Origin: Meyerozyma guilliermondii
Taxonomy: Eukaryota
Direction: 5' to 3'
DNA: 64,000 bases
Assembly: GCA_051546255.1 (NCBI GenBank)
Contig: CP128821.1
Coordinates: forward strand, 248,001 to 312,000
Position 1 is the first letter of the stretch; each line of letters opens with the position of its first letter. Shown here piece after piece: positions 50,366 through 60,039 of this stretch. Below the pieces are notes generated by a model, which worked only from the letters and a program-made list of their open reading frames with translations, had not been told where the DNA came from and did no database searches. The position numbers were made by a program, and so were the translations under genes.

Positions 50366-51814
50366 TCAAACACCAACTTCTCTTTTCGAACGGTTTTCTC
50401 CGTCCAAACTAAACGCAGCCGTAGCCTTTCTCTTCTTGTTTCCTGGTTTTCTTTTGTTATTAGTAGAGTCGGTAACGTCAGAGAGAGCTTTCCTCTTGGG
50501 CTTCGGCTCGGGAACGGGAGACAGTAACGGTTCCTGTTTCACATCCACAACGGCATCAATAAACTTGGCAGATTCCCGTCTCATTTTAACACGCAAAGAT
50601 GGCATAACATAGCTTATAGACTTTCTGTTTCTTCTTCGCGGAGGCGAAACCATAGACTGGTCGTCTAACTTTGGTGGTGCCAGATTAAAGTCATTGGACG
50701 GGTGCGTCTTTTGAGTTTTGGCATTGGTTTTGCTTTGAGAGTTGGAATTGATTTGGGGATTGGTCTTTGCATTTGTTTTGATGTTGACCTTGGTGCTCTT
50801 GGTGCTCTTGGATTTTGGTGTCTTTTGAGCAATTTCGTCTGGAATTTCTTTATCTGATGAGTCTGTTTCAGCGTATGCTCCAATTTCCTCTAAAAGCTGA
50901 AGACCTGGTTTGCTGGAATCGATACTTTCACATATTGCAGACGTGGAGGGCTTGGATTGTGGAGCGGTGCTTGCATTGGCAGTGATACCTTCAACCACAG
51001 TCTCATTCGCTTCTTCGTAGCTGGTGTCGAGCGAAACGTGCACGGCGTCAGGTCTCACGTTGGTGAGCTGGGCTTCTGGAATTACCAACGAGCCCTTGAA
51101 GTCTCCAGTTGCTGGTATAGACATTTCCAAGTCGTGAAATTCTTGCAGCATATCGGGACGACTGGCACCTTCAATTGGAGTGGAGGTGGCCGGTGCACTT
51201 GAACCAACAATCAGAGCAACTTGTTTGAGCACTGGGTTTTCTGGAAGCATATCACGATGTCTTACAGTTGCCAAAACGTGGCATATTTCTCCAACTTTTC
51301 CCAAAACTTCCAGTTCCACGTAGCGAAGAAGTGATTCCACTTCTTTCCTCACCTCGAGATCTTTCGAGTTTCGAAGGGTTCGAAGAGTCATGTTTTCGTT
51401 CACCACGCTGTTTAAACGCGCCTCCATCTCCAGGATCCGGCTCATCAACACAGAATTGTTTCTAGCAAGGGCTTGATTCTGTAACACATACGTCCGTTGG
51501 ACGTGCGAAAGGTCTTGATCCATAGGCATCATTTGGTGACTTTGACGCCGTATAGTGCCTATATCACTGTTCCGACGACTATCTACGGAACTGTGGACTT
51601 GGATGTTGTTATAGGTTGTGGATTTTGTGGTTTTCTTCGTCATTTTCAGAGTGTTTTCAAATGATGGAGAATTAAAATTCTCACCATGATCGTTGTGGTT
51701 CACTTTGGACGCTCTTCTTTCTTCAGGGGGTTCAGAGGCCTCCCTTAGTTTGTTTCGTTTGGCGGAAGCTGCCAATTCCCACAAAGATTGCAGCCCTACT
51801 GAAGGACGTGCCAT
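50366..51814 (-). CDS. SGO1: Shugoshin
   Basis: N-terminal coiled coil QNQALARNNS..ENMTLR and C-terminal SGO basic motif RRRNRKSISYVMPSLRVKMRR. Confidence 0.85.
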   Translation of the reverse strand: MARPSVGLQSLWELAASAKRNKLREASEPPEERRASKVNHNDHGENFNSPSFENTLKMTKKTTKSTTYNNIQVHSSVDSRRNSDIGTIRRQSHQMMPMDQDLSHVQRTYVLQNQALARNNSVLMSRILEMEARLNSVVNENMTLRTLRNSKDLEVRKEVESLLRYVELEVLGKVGEICHVLATVRHRDMLPENPVLKQVALIVGSSAPATSTPIEGASRPDMLQEFHDLEMSIPATGDFKGSLVIPEAQLTNVRPDAVHVSLDTSYEEANETVVEGITANASTAPQSKPSTSAICESIDSSKPGLQLLEEIGAYAETDSSDKEIPDEIAQKTPKSKSTKSTKVNIKTNAKTNPQINSNSQSKTNAKTQKTHPSNDFNLAPPKLDDQSMVSPPRRRNRKSISYVMPSLRVKMRRESAKFIDAVVDVKQEPLLSPVPEPKPKRKALSDVTDSTNNKRKPGNKKRKATAAFSLDGENRSKREVGV

Positions 51815-51929
51815 GTTTGTTTGTTGATAAACAGTTGCGATTTGGTGGTTATGTGAAGGAATGCGGAGTGGAGCGCGAAATCCACACATTCTTGTTAGTG
51901 TAATCTTACCTTTGTTAATTCTACTTGCC

Positions 51930-52244
51930 ATGGAAAAGCCGTTGAAATCAACTCATATACAGCAGAAGATTGCTGAGAAGCGTGCTGAGTTGGAAAACTT
52001 GACAGAAATCAAAAATCTTACCCAAAATCTCACTTCTCAACTCAAGGACTTGGAGACGAAATTAAGCGCGATGTCTGATGGAACAGAAACCGTGGCTCTT
52101 GTACTTTCAAACTGGCAAAACGTAGTCAGATCTGTGTCCTTGGCCTCCTTGGGTTTGTTAAAGTATAGCGAAGAAGACTATAAAAATGGAAATCCAATGC
52201 CAGAACCACTTGTACGCATACCGCTTGCAAAAGAAGAAGAGTAG
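51930..52244 (+). CDS. DAD2: DASH/Dam1 complex subunit
   Basis: KIAEKRAELENL, MSDGTETVALVLSNWQNVVRSVSLAS, PEPLVRI. Confidence 0.92.
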   Translation: MEKPLKSTHIQQKIAEKRAELENLTEIKNLTQNLTSQLKDLETKLSAMSDGTETVALVLSNWQNVVRSVSLASLGLLKYSEEDYKNGNPMPEPLVRIPLAKEEE

Positions 52245-52306
52245 AAAACGAGGAATTGAATGATAAGTCGGATGAACACTGCGTGTTTATTAATGTAATT
52301 GTTACT

Positions 52307-55300
52307 TTACAGTTGCTTGGCTTCTTGGATGATCGACTCCACCCAGGTGGTTAGATTGTGTTTGGCAATACTGTCTTCAAGCTTCCCCAAAAGCCTATTA
52401 TCAAGAGCTGCTGCTGCGTCGGTATCCCTGACGTTTAGTACATGATGCAAGAGCGACGTCAAGCTAGAAGTAGATTGTGCTTGGCGAACAGTCTTGTACA
52501 AGACAGTGTCTTTGATTCGCTGCTTGACAAATTCATCACTTTTATCCTTGATTTGTGACAAGACAGACCAATCATCTGTCAACGTCAACACCCTGAGCCA
52601 TATTGTATGCTCCAAATAACTCAAATTTTCTCCTCCCGAAACTTGTGCCACACGGAGGGCGTCGTGATAGTTATGCTGTGATGAGACACTTGGCTTGATG
52701 AGTGTAAGGTAGTTGACCGAGTCTGCTACTGCGAGAGGCTGGTTTTTGAGCAAGCGCTCAAACGATTCCTCAAGTATAGCCTGAGCTTCGGTGGTATCCA
52801 CCTCACTATTCACAAAGTTCTTGCTCAAAAATTGGAATGTCAAAACGTTCATATTGTTGGAGACCGCCTTGACCAAATCCTGATAGAGACGGTTTTGTAT
52901 GCGGGTGACAACGAGACCATTTTCAGCGGCACGAAGAGCCTCTGAAGAGGCGACAGTGGAATTTTTGTTCGATGCAATAGCAGCCAATTTAGCAAGCAGA
53001 AACTTAATTTGCCGACTAGCTTGGTTTTCATTCACCTTTCGCTCAACAGACTGTAAAAGGGCTTCTGAGCCAGATTCGAAATCCAGATCACTAAGGTACT
53101 TGATCCATGAGAAGTCTGCAGCTCTTTCCTTGTTGATGACAAAGTATTGGGCCAATAATGGGTGGTCGGCAAAATCACTGAATAAAGCCTGGACTTTATC
53201 AGTTTTGACGTAGTAGTCAAATAGTTTGAATGCAAATTCCTCTCCAAAAATCAGGAAATAGTAATTGTACTTTTCTAAAATGGCAGCGTATTCGTCGCTA
53301 TCGGTACCATGTTCGTTAAGTATACGCTCTTTGCTGAAATCTAAAACACGAGCCAACGACAGAAAGTCTTTATAAGTTTGTGCCAACAGAAATGCTTCTT
53401 CCACTTGATTGGAATCCAAAAGAGAATCGATCCAGGCCATCTTGCGCTGCTTGTACCATCTAATATATTCAACGAGTTGTTCGTGGTTCCCACCATCTCT
53501 TTGCATTATACCAATTGCAGTGGTAACAAAGTAGTATAAAACTTCGCAAAATTGAGCCATCTCCTCAAGGTATTCTTTGGAGTGGTGTTCACTCTTACTG
53601 CCTTCACAATATGCTTTGGTGTATATCTCCTCCAAACGTAAGAGAAGATTTGTGTCGTAAATCCAGAGTCGCTTTGGCTCAATTGTATCATCAACGGTGA
53701 TATACTTTTCTTCGTTCAAAAACACTCCTTTGTACATGGTACTTGTTATCAAGTTGGTTATTCTCGTCAAAGAAATGTTGTTCCTAATCATTTTTTCAAG
53801 CAAGTCAGTCAATACTTGGTTTATGTTATTATTTCCAGTTGTGAAAAACGACCTGACAGGGTCCTCGGTATTATTCTCAGTTGTTGATTTTATGGTGTCC
53901 TCAAGCCAAATCTTTGTTTCGTCGTTGTGACTTTGCGACAAGAAGTCCCACAAGAACATGCTCACTTCCACTTTCTCCAAGTTTTCAACTAAAGGAGGCA
54001 CCAAAGTTGACTTTAGTTGTGGAAAATTGCGGTGCACGAAGAGAATCAAATTGCGATACTTTGTGACTTTCAAGCTGAGAAAGTCCTTGATGGAAGGTAA
54101 AAAGGATGGTAAGTATGGGGAAGTGGAATTGAGAATTTCTCCACTGACTTCAGACACAGAACCCACAATTACATCGGAGGGAAATTCATCAACGATATCA
54201 AAATCGATGGTGGCTGACTCTGAATAATATACAGCTTGCTCAATATGTGATTTGAGTGTGTTAGTGGTACCATCAGCGTCTTCCATCGTAATATCGTCAG
54301 AGTCGGAAAATCGTTCGAGACGGAGTACACCACTATTAGCTGTCAATACAATCAAAGACGGATTGGCATTGGCTGACTGGTTCTCGTATCCGTAGCCAAC
54401 AACTTGAATTGACGGTTTTAAGCGGAAAATGTCTTCCCATCGAGGTTTATAGTATTGAACTTGGCCCTGTTGCGAGTATGGAACATCGATGTCTGTCATT
54501 ATAATAGAGTTTCCCAAGGATACGAACGCTGTCTTTCCGGGGGAAGGTATGAAAAGTCTTGGTCTTTGTGGGCTTTCGATGGAGAAAGTGTAAGTACACC
54601 TTGTCAAACGGTGTGAACGATAGACAAGCACTCCAGTATTATCGATCTTGGCGCTAACCAAAACCAAGTTTTTCTCGTCTCCCGTGATCGTTTTGTCGTC
54701 TATCAAGCACAAGCAGATGTAAATGTCTTTCAATGGCCATAAATCCATGATTCGGAGGTTGGGCGTAGAACCTGGTAAATACCCATCGATACTGCTTTCA
54801 ATGCCTCGTAAAATATTTTGTTTAAATGAGTTTCTGCTGATTATCAGAGAAACACCATTGGGTGACATTACCTGATAAGTGAAGAGATAGAATCCACCAA
54901 TGGAATCTTGAATTATAATATCTTGCGTCAAATCATCGTCACCCACAAACCCAGACCTGATACTGACTATTTCATCCATATCTGCCTTAGCAAGCCCTTT
55001 GAAGATGTTTAAGCGAGATATAAGTCCAGTGTTGTATGGAGGTAAGAGTTCGAGAATCGTCAATTGCGGTTTGCTCTTTTGGTCTCTCAAGGAAATCAAG
55101 ATGCATCGTTTCCATGAAGTGGCTATTATAACACCTGCCGGCTCTACATTTTGAGCCATTGTGACGTACTCGCCCTTGGTGGATTGCAAAGGTAAAACAA
55201 GCTCCAATGATTTACTGTGAATCAATCCAAGAGCTGGAGCATGCTGGACACTTTCGTAGAATTTCACGTTTCCCGTGGTACAGTTTATAATGACAATTCC

Positions 55301-55675
55301 TGGATCCTGACTGGTGGCACTAGCTGGTCGGGTGAGACTTGCAAGTGGAGGGAATTCTCCAGCATCTTCTACGGGAAATTGGTATGTCAATGGTGCGCTA
55401 TCTGAAGACTTGTAATTCCACACGTTGATGCTAGACTTCTGGGCAACAACAAAGTAACCGGAGAGATGATCACAATAGCCATTACATTGCTCTCCTTCAG
55501 TTATATTCAAATGAGATGGAAGTGCTGGGAGTTTTGATACGCAATATTGACGGTTCTTCGTCAATTCAGTCAACTTGTGACTAGCCAAAGTTGATGGCGG
55601 GTCATTTCGCAGCTTCTTGGGGGTGCTCACAGCACTGCTGGGCCTCGATCTGACCTGGAATATTGATTGGACCAT
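52307..55675 (-). CDS. NUP133: Nucleoporin Nup133
   Basis: ELTKNRQYCVSKLP, PGIVII..GNVKFYES, EPAGVIIATS, WEDIFRLK, KSHIEQAV; beta-propeller plus helical region; first ATG at 55675. Confidence 0.9.
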   Translation of the reverse strand: MVQSIFQVRSRPSSAVSTPKKLRNDPPSTLASHKLTELTKNRQYCVSKLPALPSHLNITEGEQCNGYCDHLSGYFVVAQKSSINVWNYKSSDSAPLTYQFPVEDAGEFPPLASLTRPASATSQDPGIVIINCTTGNVKFYESVQHAPALGLIHSKSLELVLPLQSTKGEYVTMAQNVEPAGVIIATSWKRCILISLRDQKSKPQLTILELLPPYNTGLISRLNIFKGLAKADMDEIVSIRSGFVGDDDLTQDIIIQDSIGGFYLFTYQVMSPNGVSLIISRNSFKQNILRGIESSIDGYLPGSTPNLRIMDLWPLKDIYICLCLIDDKTITGDEKNLVLVSAKIDNTGVLVYRSHRLTRCTYTFSIESPQRPRLFIPSPGKTAFVSLGNSIIMTDIDVPYSQQGQVQYYKPRWEDIFRLKPSIQVVGYGYENQSANANPSLIVLTANSGVLRLERFSDSDDITMEDADGTTNTLKSHIEQAVYYSESATIDFDIVDEFPSDVIVGSVSEVSGEILNSTSPYLPSFLPSIKDFLSLKVTKYRNLILFVHRNFPQLKSTLVPPLVENLEKVEVSMFLWDFLSQSHNDETKIWLEDTIKSTTENNTEDPVRSFFTTGNNNINQVLTDLLEKMIRNNISLTRITNLITSTMYKGVFLNEEKYITVDDTIEPKRLWIYDTNLLLRLEEIYTKAYCEGSKSEHHSKEYLEEMAQFCEVLYYFVTTAIGIMQRDGGNHEQLVEYIRWYKQRKMAWIDSLLDSNQVEEAFLLAQTYKDFLSLARVLDFSKERILNEHGTDSDEYAAILEKYNYYFLIFGEEFAFKLFDYYVKTDKVQALFSDFADHPLLAQYFVINKERAADFSWIKYLSDLDFESGSEALLQSVERKVNENQASRQIKFLLAKLAAIASNKNSTVASSEALRAAENGLVVTRIQNRLYQDLVKAVSNNMNVLTFQFLSKNFVNSEVDTTEAQAILEESFERLLKNQPLAVADSVNYLTLIKPSVSSQHNYHDALRVAQVSGGENLSYLEHTIWLRVLTLTDDWSVLSQIKDKSDEFVKQRIKDTVLYKTVRQAQSTSSLTSLLHHVLNVRDTDAAAALDNRLLGKLEDSIAKHNLTTWVESIIQEAKQL

Positions 55676-55780
55676 ACTTTGGTCGAGGTACACCGTTTGT
55701 TTTCGGGTTTGATTTTTTCAATAATAGTGCACTTGCGTATTACGTCAGCTGCAATTATATACTATACCACTACTTAGGTT

Positions 55781-56810
55781 CTACGATCTGCTCTTCTTTG
55801 CGGGTGGTTCTTCTACCTCGTCGTCAGCAGAGTCATATACCTCGTCGCTATCGGAATCCTGATCATATTTCTCCTTTAATCCCTTCATTTTTCTAGTTTG
55901 CAACTTACCAAGGTCTTGCTTTCCAACATGAATTTGAGCCACCTTATCGCCCATGAAATCAGTAGTAACGTTCTTCTTCTCCTTGGCTTGCAACTGCTTG
56001 GGTTTGGTGAGGGCTTCTTTCTCCATTTCTGGAGCTGGGGCAATTCTACGTCCAATCTTGAAATCAAACCTGGGTCCTATTTCGTCAACTTCTACTCGAG
56101 GAACTTTCTGGCCCGACTTGTACGTCTTTAAGCGGTAGACACGGAAATGGAGTAATGGTAAGTTTTTGTCGTTGGCATCTTCAATATCTCCCACAGATAA
56201 GGCTATGATCTGTTGTAATCCAGCCACATCTTGCAAATCGGTTTGGTCTCCTCTATAGAAATCAAGAAAGAGAGATTTTAAATGCTGAAAAACTGGGTGT
56301 GAATCGAATGCTGGACCATTAAATACAAACATTGGTTTCAATCCAACCGTGAACGTCAATTTCTTAAAGTCTTGGAGTAGTTTGTAGTTGTCTTGGATCA
56401 GAAGCTCGATCATATCATACACTTTGTGGCTGAAAAACCTTGTGAAAGTCAAGGTGTTTGGTCTCTTTTTATTATGCGACAGGAAAACCATCAAAGAAGT
56501 ATCGTTCTTTTCGGAGAAAAACTCCAACTCTGATGCATTTTCGAAAGGTCTTATCTCGTTCTTCTTGGTGAATTTCTTACAGTCGGGCTTCTTCAATGAC
56601 ATCAAGTCAACCATAGCATCATGAAGCAATTTATTGCTGTTTGAACCAGGAACGAAAAGAGCCTGTTTTGTGTTTTCGACGATCTTGGCTTCTCGTTTGG
56701 CCAATGCTCGCTTAGAACGGGCATTCTTAGGTTTTCTGGTGTTAGTAGTGTTACTGCTTAGTCTGGAATGGCTTGGGGACAGTCGGTTGTACATACATAG
56801 TTCTAATCAT
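55781..56810 (-). CDS. RPF2: Brix-domain 60S assembly factor; exons 56810..56797 and 56735..55781
   Basis: Splicing restores the canonical N-terminus MIRTIKPKNARSKRAL; KKRPN, EIGPRFDF, KLQTRKMKGL. Confidence 0.95.
56736..56796 (-). other. Spliceosomal intron in RPF2 (61 nt)
   Basis: GTATGT donor (56796), TACTAAC (56747-56741), CAG acceptor (56738-56736). Confidence 0.92.
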
Positions 56811-56826
56811 GTTAAGCTAAATGAAC

Positions 56827-56869
56827 CTCATCGTGAGAATAAAATTCACCTCATCTCGTGTCACGTGAC
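56827..56869. promoter_or_regulatory. PAC x2, RRPE-like and Cbf1 sites upstream of RPF2
   Basis: CTCATCG 56827, AAAATTCA 56841, CTCATC 56850, GTCACGTGAC 56860-56869. Confidence 0.65.
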
Positions 56870-57019
56870 TTGGTAAGTGAAGAAGATGAAGTAAATGAGA
56901 AAGAAGATGTAGGGCGAAGAGTGGTATGACGGAAACGTGCCGAGTACCATGCTATTGTTTACTTGATGATCTACGTCTTATGAGAAAAGAGAACAACTGA
57001 AAAATGTTTGGCAAAAAAT

Positions 57020-57091
57020 AGGTCACACCCGGATTCGAACTGGGGTTGTTTGGATCAGAACCAAAAGTGATAACCACTACACTATGCAACC
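57020..57091 (-). tRNA. tRNA-Gln, anticodon CTG (reads CAG)
   Basis: GGTTGCATAGTGTAGTGGTTATCAC..TTTGG-TTCTGAT-CCAAA..GTTCGAATCC..TGTGACCT cloverleaf, no intron; T6 Pol III terminator immediately downstream. Confidence 0.95.
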
Positions 57092-57215
57092 GATTATACG
57101 CCTATTTAGATGCACTCACTAACTATGATTTTCATCGTTGCGATTTCAAAGATGGTCCAGTTTCGTCTTTACTCTCATACTAATTCTAATTTAATATGCA
57201 ATTTATTATTCATAT

Positions 57216-59450
57216 TCATGCCCATACTTGTAACTGCTCAAAATAATCTACCCTCTTCTTCTCTTTGTTACCGATATTATCAACCACTGCATATCTCAAA
57301 TCATCAACCATGACTGGATGGCCACAGGTTACAAAGCATGTAGAACCATTTGATTCTACAAGACTCTCATGGACCAATCCTTTCATAGACGGTCTACCAT
57401 GTTTGAAATCGACATGCGAGAGTTCACTTTTCACTCGCAGAATAATTGCCTTAGCATTGATAGTTGTGGAAGTCGAATTATAATTTGGTTTGGGATGTGC
57501 TAACAATTTGGTATCATGAGTGGCTTCTTCCTGTGGGATTCTCAACTCGAAGTCTTCCAAGCACGAATCAGAATCTGGCTTTGTGACGTAGACAATTGTG
57601 TCGATAGACGAATTATTCAACGAAAGAAGTTCTTCGTAGAACCAGTAAAGCGACTTGTACTCTCGAATAACCCACACAAGTTTAATGTTTTGCTTTGTGT
57701 TGTTGGAGCGTTCCAAGTCGAGGGCCTCTGCGTAAATGCCAGGAATTCCATTTCCTCCAGCAACAAAAACTGCCGAGTCGTATCGACTAGCCGGAGTCTT
57801 TTCACCATAAGAACCTTCAATGGCCACTCTGATGGAAGTGGAACGGCCCGGATGGGTCCGTAAGTAATGGTATAGACGGCTTGTTACTCCATCCTTCACT
57901 TTGATGAACATGATAATCTCCTCTGAATTTTCGGGTGATATCGTATATGTGAAAGGATGCGATTGCCAAAAACAGCTCGGACGTAAAAAGTGAATGAATG
58001 CATGTCCTCCAGGGATTGCATCCCAATGTTTCGGCTTGGGAACTATGACCTTGAGAGTCTCGTCAGCAAGAAGAAGAACTTTTGCTTTGGGGAAACCAAA
58101 AGAGCATAACCTCCCCACTCTGATAACTCTATCAAATAACCATATTACTGCCGAGTAATAGTAGAACCATAAGCAGTAAAGATCATTGACATGATACCAA
58201 GCACCAAAGACAAATACTGCTGCGAGAAAGATGTGGATAAGAAGGAACATTTCGTACCAACGTCTTCGAAGAACCAAAAGACCTTGAATGAGAATAAATA
58301 CTCCAGCAATAATTGCCAATCCTCCAGCAATGATATAAGCTTCGAAGTCTGTGAGGATGCTTCTCAGGTACAACGAGTAGCACACAGTATGAATGAGAAC
58401 CAATATAACGATGACTCGAGATACCCACCGATGGAACGTGATAAACGTAGAATAATCCCATCTCGTTACCCATTGAAGAAAATTGTTTCTTCCTCCAAAT
58501 AAGATTAGCAACGGCATCATTTCACTGGCTAGAATACTGGTTCTAACAGCGTGGTATCTCAAGAGTGCGTTATTCTTGTGGTGGAATAGAGGGTTGCCGT
58601 CATTGTAGTGGATATTGTGGAACACAAAAAAGGTGGTGATGATCACAAATGTAGCCAAAATCAAAGATTCAGCTCTGGTTGGCACAAGCATGTCAAGACA
58701 TTTGAGAAATGGTTTTTCGGTAGTTTTCTTGGTACCCCTGGTTGCTGGCAAGGAAATATTGCGCCTGAACCAATTGGTCAAGGAACCAGTCGAACGAGTG
58801 AAAAGTTTTGGAAATATGATTTTTCCCCAATTTCCAGCAGCTGCCAACAAAAACACTAGCATCCAAAAGCCAACGAGAACCTCTCCGTAAATTACTGAGA
58901 GATCGTAATTACCCAAAAATTGCTCATAGGCATCTTTGTACAGTTGTATATCAGTTTCCTCAAGTAATATAGGAGTATCCATAATCACCGAAGGTCCCTG
59001 TGGCCTCTGGGCATGCTCCAAGTAGTACTGGTGACTCCTGGCCATATCTTCTTCCGTGAGAGAAATATTGAACGAATCATGGCACATGCGAGTAAAGTCT
59101 TTGATCAGAGACTTGAAGCCGGAATAGTAGCAATGAGCAATAGTCGCTCGAGCATTCTCGTTGGAGCAGAAACACTTGGAACGGAATGGGTTAGGTTCAC
59201 AGAAAGATGCTCTGGTTTCAATTTGATATGAACAACTGTAGAGAGCAATTCTGGCTTGACCAAACTCATGAAAAGGAGGACCACTGACGGCTCTTTCTGG
59301 AGTCAAACTCACCAAAACTGATATAACAAGACATATGCTGAGTACCACTTTGATTCTGTGAATAATGACCGATTTTGTCCGGATTGGAATCAAAAATGGC
59401 GTTAGTATCACTGCCAAAAATATCGACAAATATGCAGAAAAGTAGTACAT
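57216..59450 (-). CDS. Ferric/cupric reductase, FRE/CFL family
   Basis: Cys-rich N-terminus, LFGGRNN, FHRW heme His, WQSHPFT (FAD), EGSYG, VAGGNGIPG, CGHPVMVDD, EQLQVW. Confidence 0.93.
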   Translation of the reverse strand: MYYFSAYLSIFLAVILTPFLIPIRTKSVIIHRIKVVLSICLVISVLVSLTPERAVSGPPFHEFGQARIALYSCSYQIETRASFCEPNPFRSKCFCSNENARATIAHCYYSGFKSLIKDFTRMCHDSFNISLTEEDMARSHQYYLEHAQRPQGPSVIMDTPILLEETDIQLYKDAYEQFLGNYDLSVIYGEVLVGFWMLVFLLAAAGNWGKIIFPKLFTRSTGSLTNWFRRNISLPATRGTKKTTEKPFLKCLDMLVPTRAESLILATFVIITTFFVFHNIHYNDGNPLFHHKNNALLRYHAVRTSILASEMMPLLILFGGRNNFLQWVTRWDYSTFITFHRWVSRVIVILVLIHTVCYSLYLRSILTDFEAYIIAGGLAIIAGVFILIQGLLVLRRRWYEMFLLIHIFLAAVFVFGAWYHVNDLYCLWFYYYSAVIWLFDRVIRVGRLCSFGFPKAKVLLLADETLKVIVPKPKHWDAIPGGHAFIHFLRPSCFWQSHPFTYTISPENSEEIIMFIKVKDGVTSRLYHYLRTHPGRSTSIRVAIEGSYGEKTPASRYDSAVFVAGGNGIPGIYAEALDLERSNNTKQNIKLVWVIREYKSLYWFYEELLSLNNSSIDTIVYVTKPDSDSCLEDFELRIPQEEATHDTKLLAHPKPNYNSTSTTINAKAIILRVKSELSHVDFKHGRPSMKGLVHESLVESNGSTCFVTCGHPVMVDDLRYAVVDNIGNKEKKRVDYFEQLQVWA

Positions 59451-59668
59451 GATACTATAAGCCTATGACAAGACCGATGAATAAAGATATGAAACACGCG
59501 GTTGCTCAAAGGGTTTTAAATATCATGGAAAAGTTGCTAACGTTGGCTAAGCCTCCAGAAAAAATGGTCGGATCAGACTGTGATATTTTATCTTTTTAAT
59601 CAGTGCACTTTTTTCCCGACGCACGCATTGCGTATCTTGGCAAAAAAATACTGTCGACGGGCTCGTAG

Positions 59669-59836
59669 TATTGGCCTGCTCCAGCACTTTTGGCCAATAG
59701 CGCCATATTGGCCTATTGTATAGAATCGGAATATGATTTGATGCCAGTGGCTAGAAAACAGCTTCGAAATCTCTTTGGTTTAAACTTTAATTTCGGGTTG
59801 TGCATTTCCGACTCGGCATTTTGATCAATCAGATAA
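59669..59836. promoter_or_regulatory. Three GGCCAATA CCAAT boxes plus an ATCAGATAA GATA site upstream of the ferric reductase
   Basis: TATTGGCC 59669-59676, GGCCAATA 59692-59699, TATTGGCC 59706-59713, ATCAGATAA 59828-59836. Confidence 0.6.
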
Positions 59837-60039
59837 GTCCTGTACCCACATTCGGAACCGGTCCGACGCCGCAACCTAGCAAAGCGGGCTAGGTGTGTAA
59901 GAAAAAGGAAAAGTGAGTAGTAATCTCTTTTGCTGTGGCTCTTTAATTTCAGTCATTGATGGACATTAAAATCTTGTTCAAAGTTCCGTAAATTTTCATT
60001 ACAGTTTTCGTATCAAATTTCTTCACTTGAAAATTCCTC

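Noticed and set aside
57028..57044. A-C mismatch in the tRNA-Gln T-stem suggesting a pseudogene
   Set aside because: A/B boxes and terminator are intact, and as I recall the same mismatch occurs in functional yeast tRNA-Gln(CUG).
1..59450. SIT1, FTH1 and FRE as an iron gene cluster
   Set aside because: Separated by roughly 10 kb and 44 kb of unrelated housekeeping genes.
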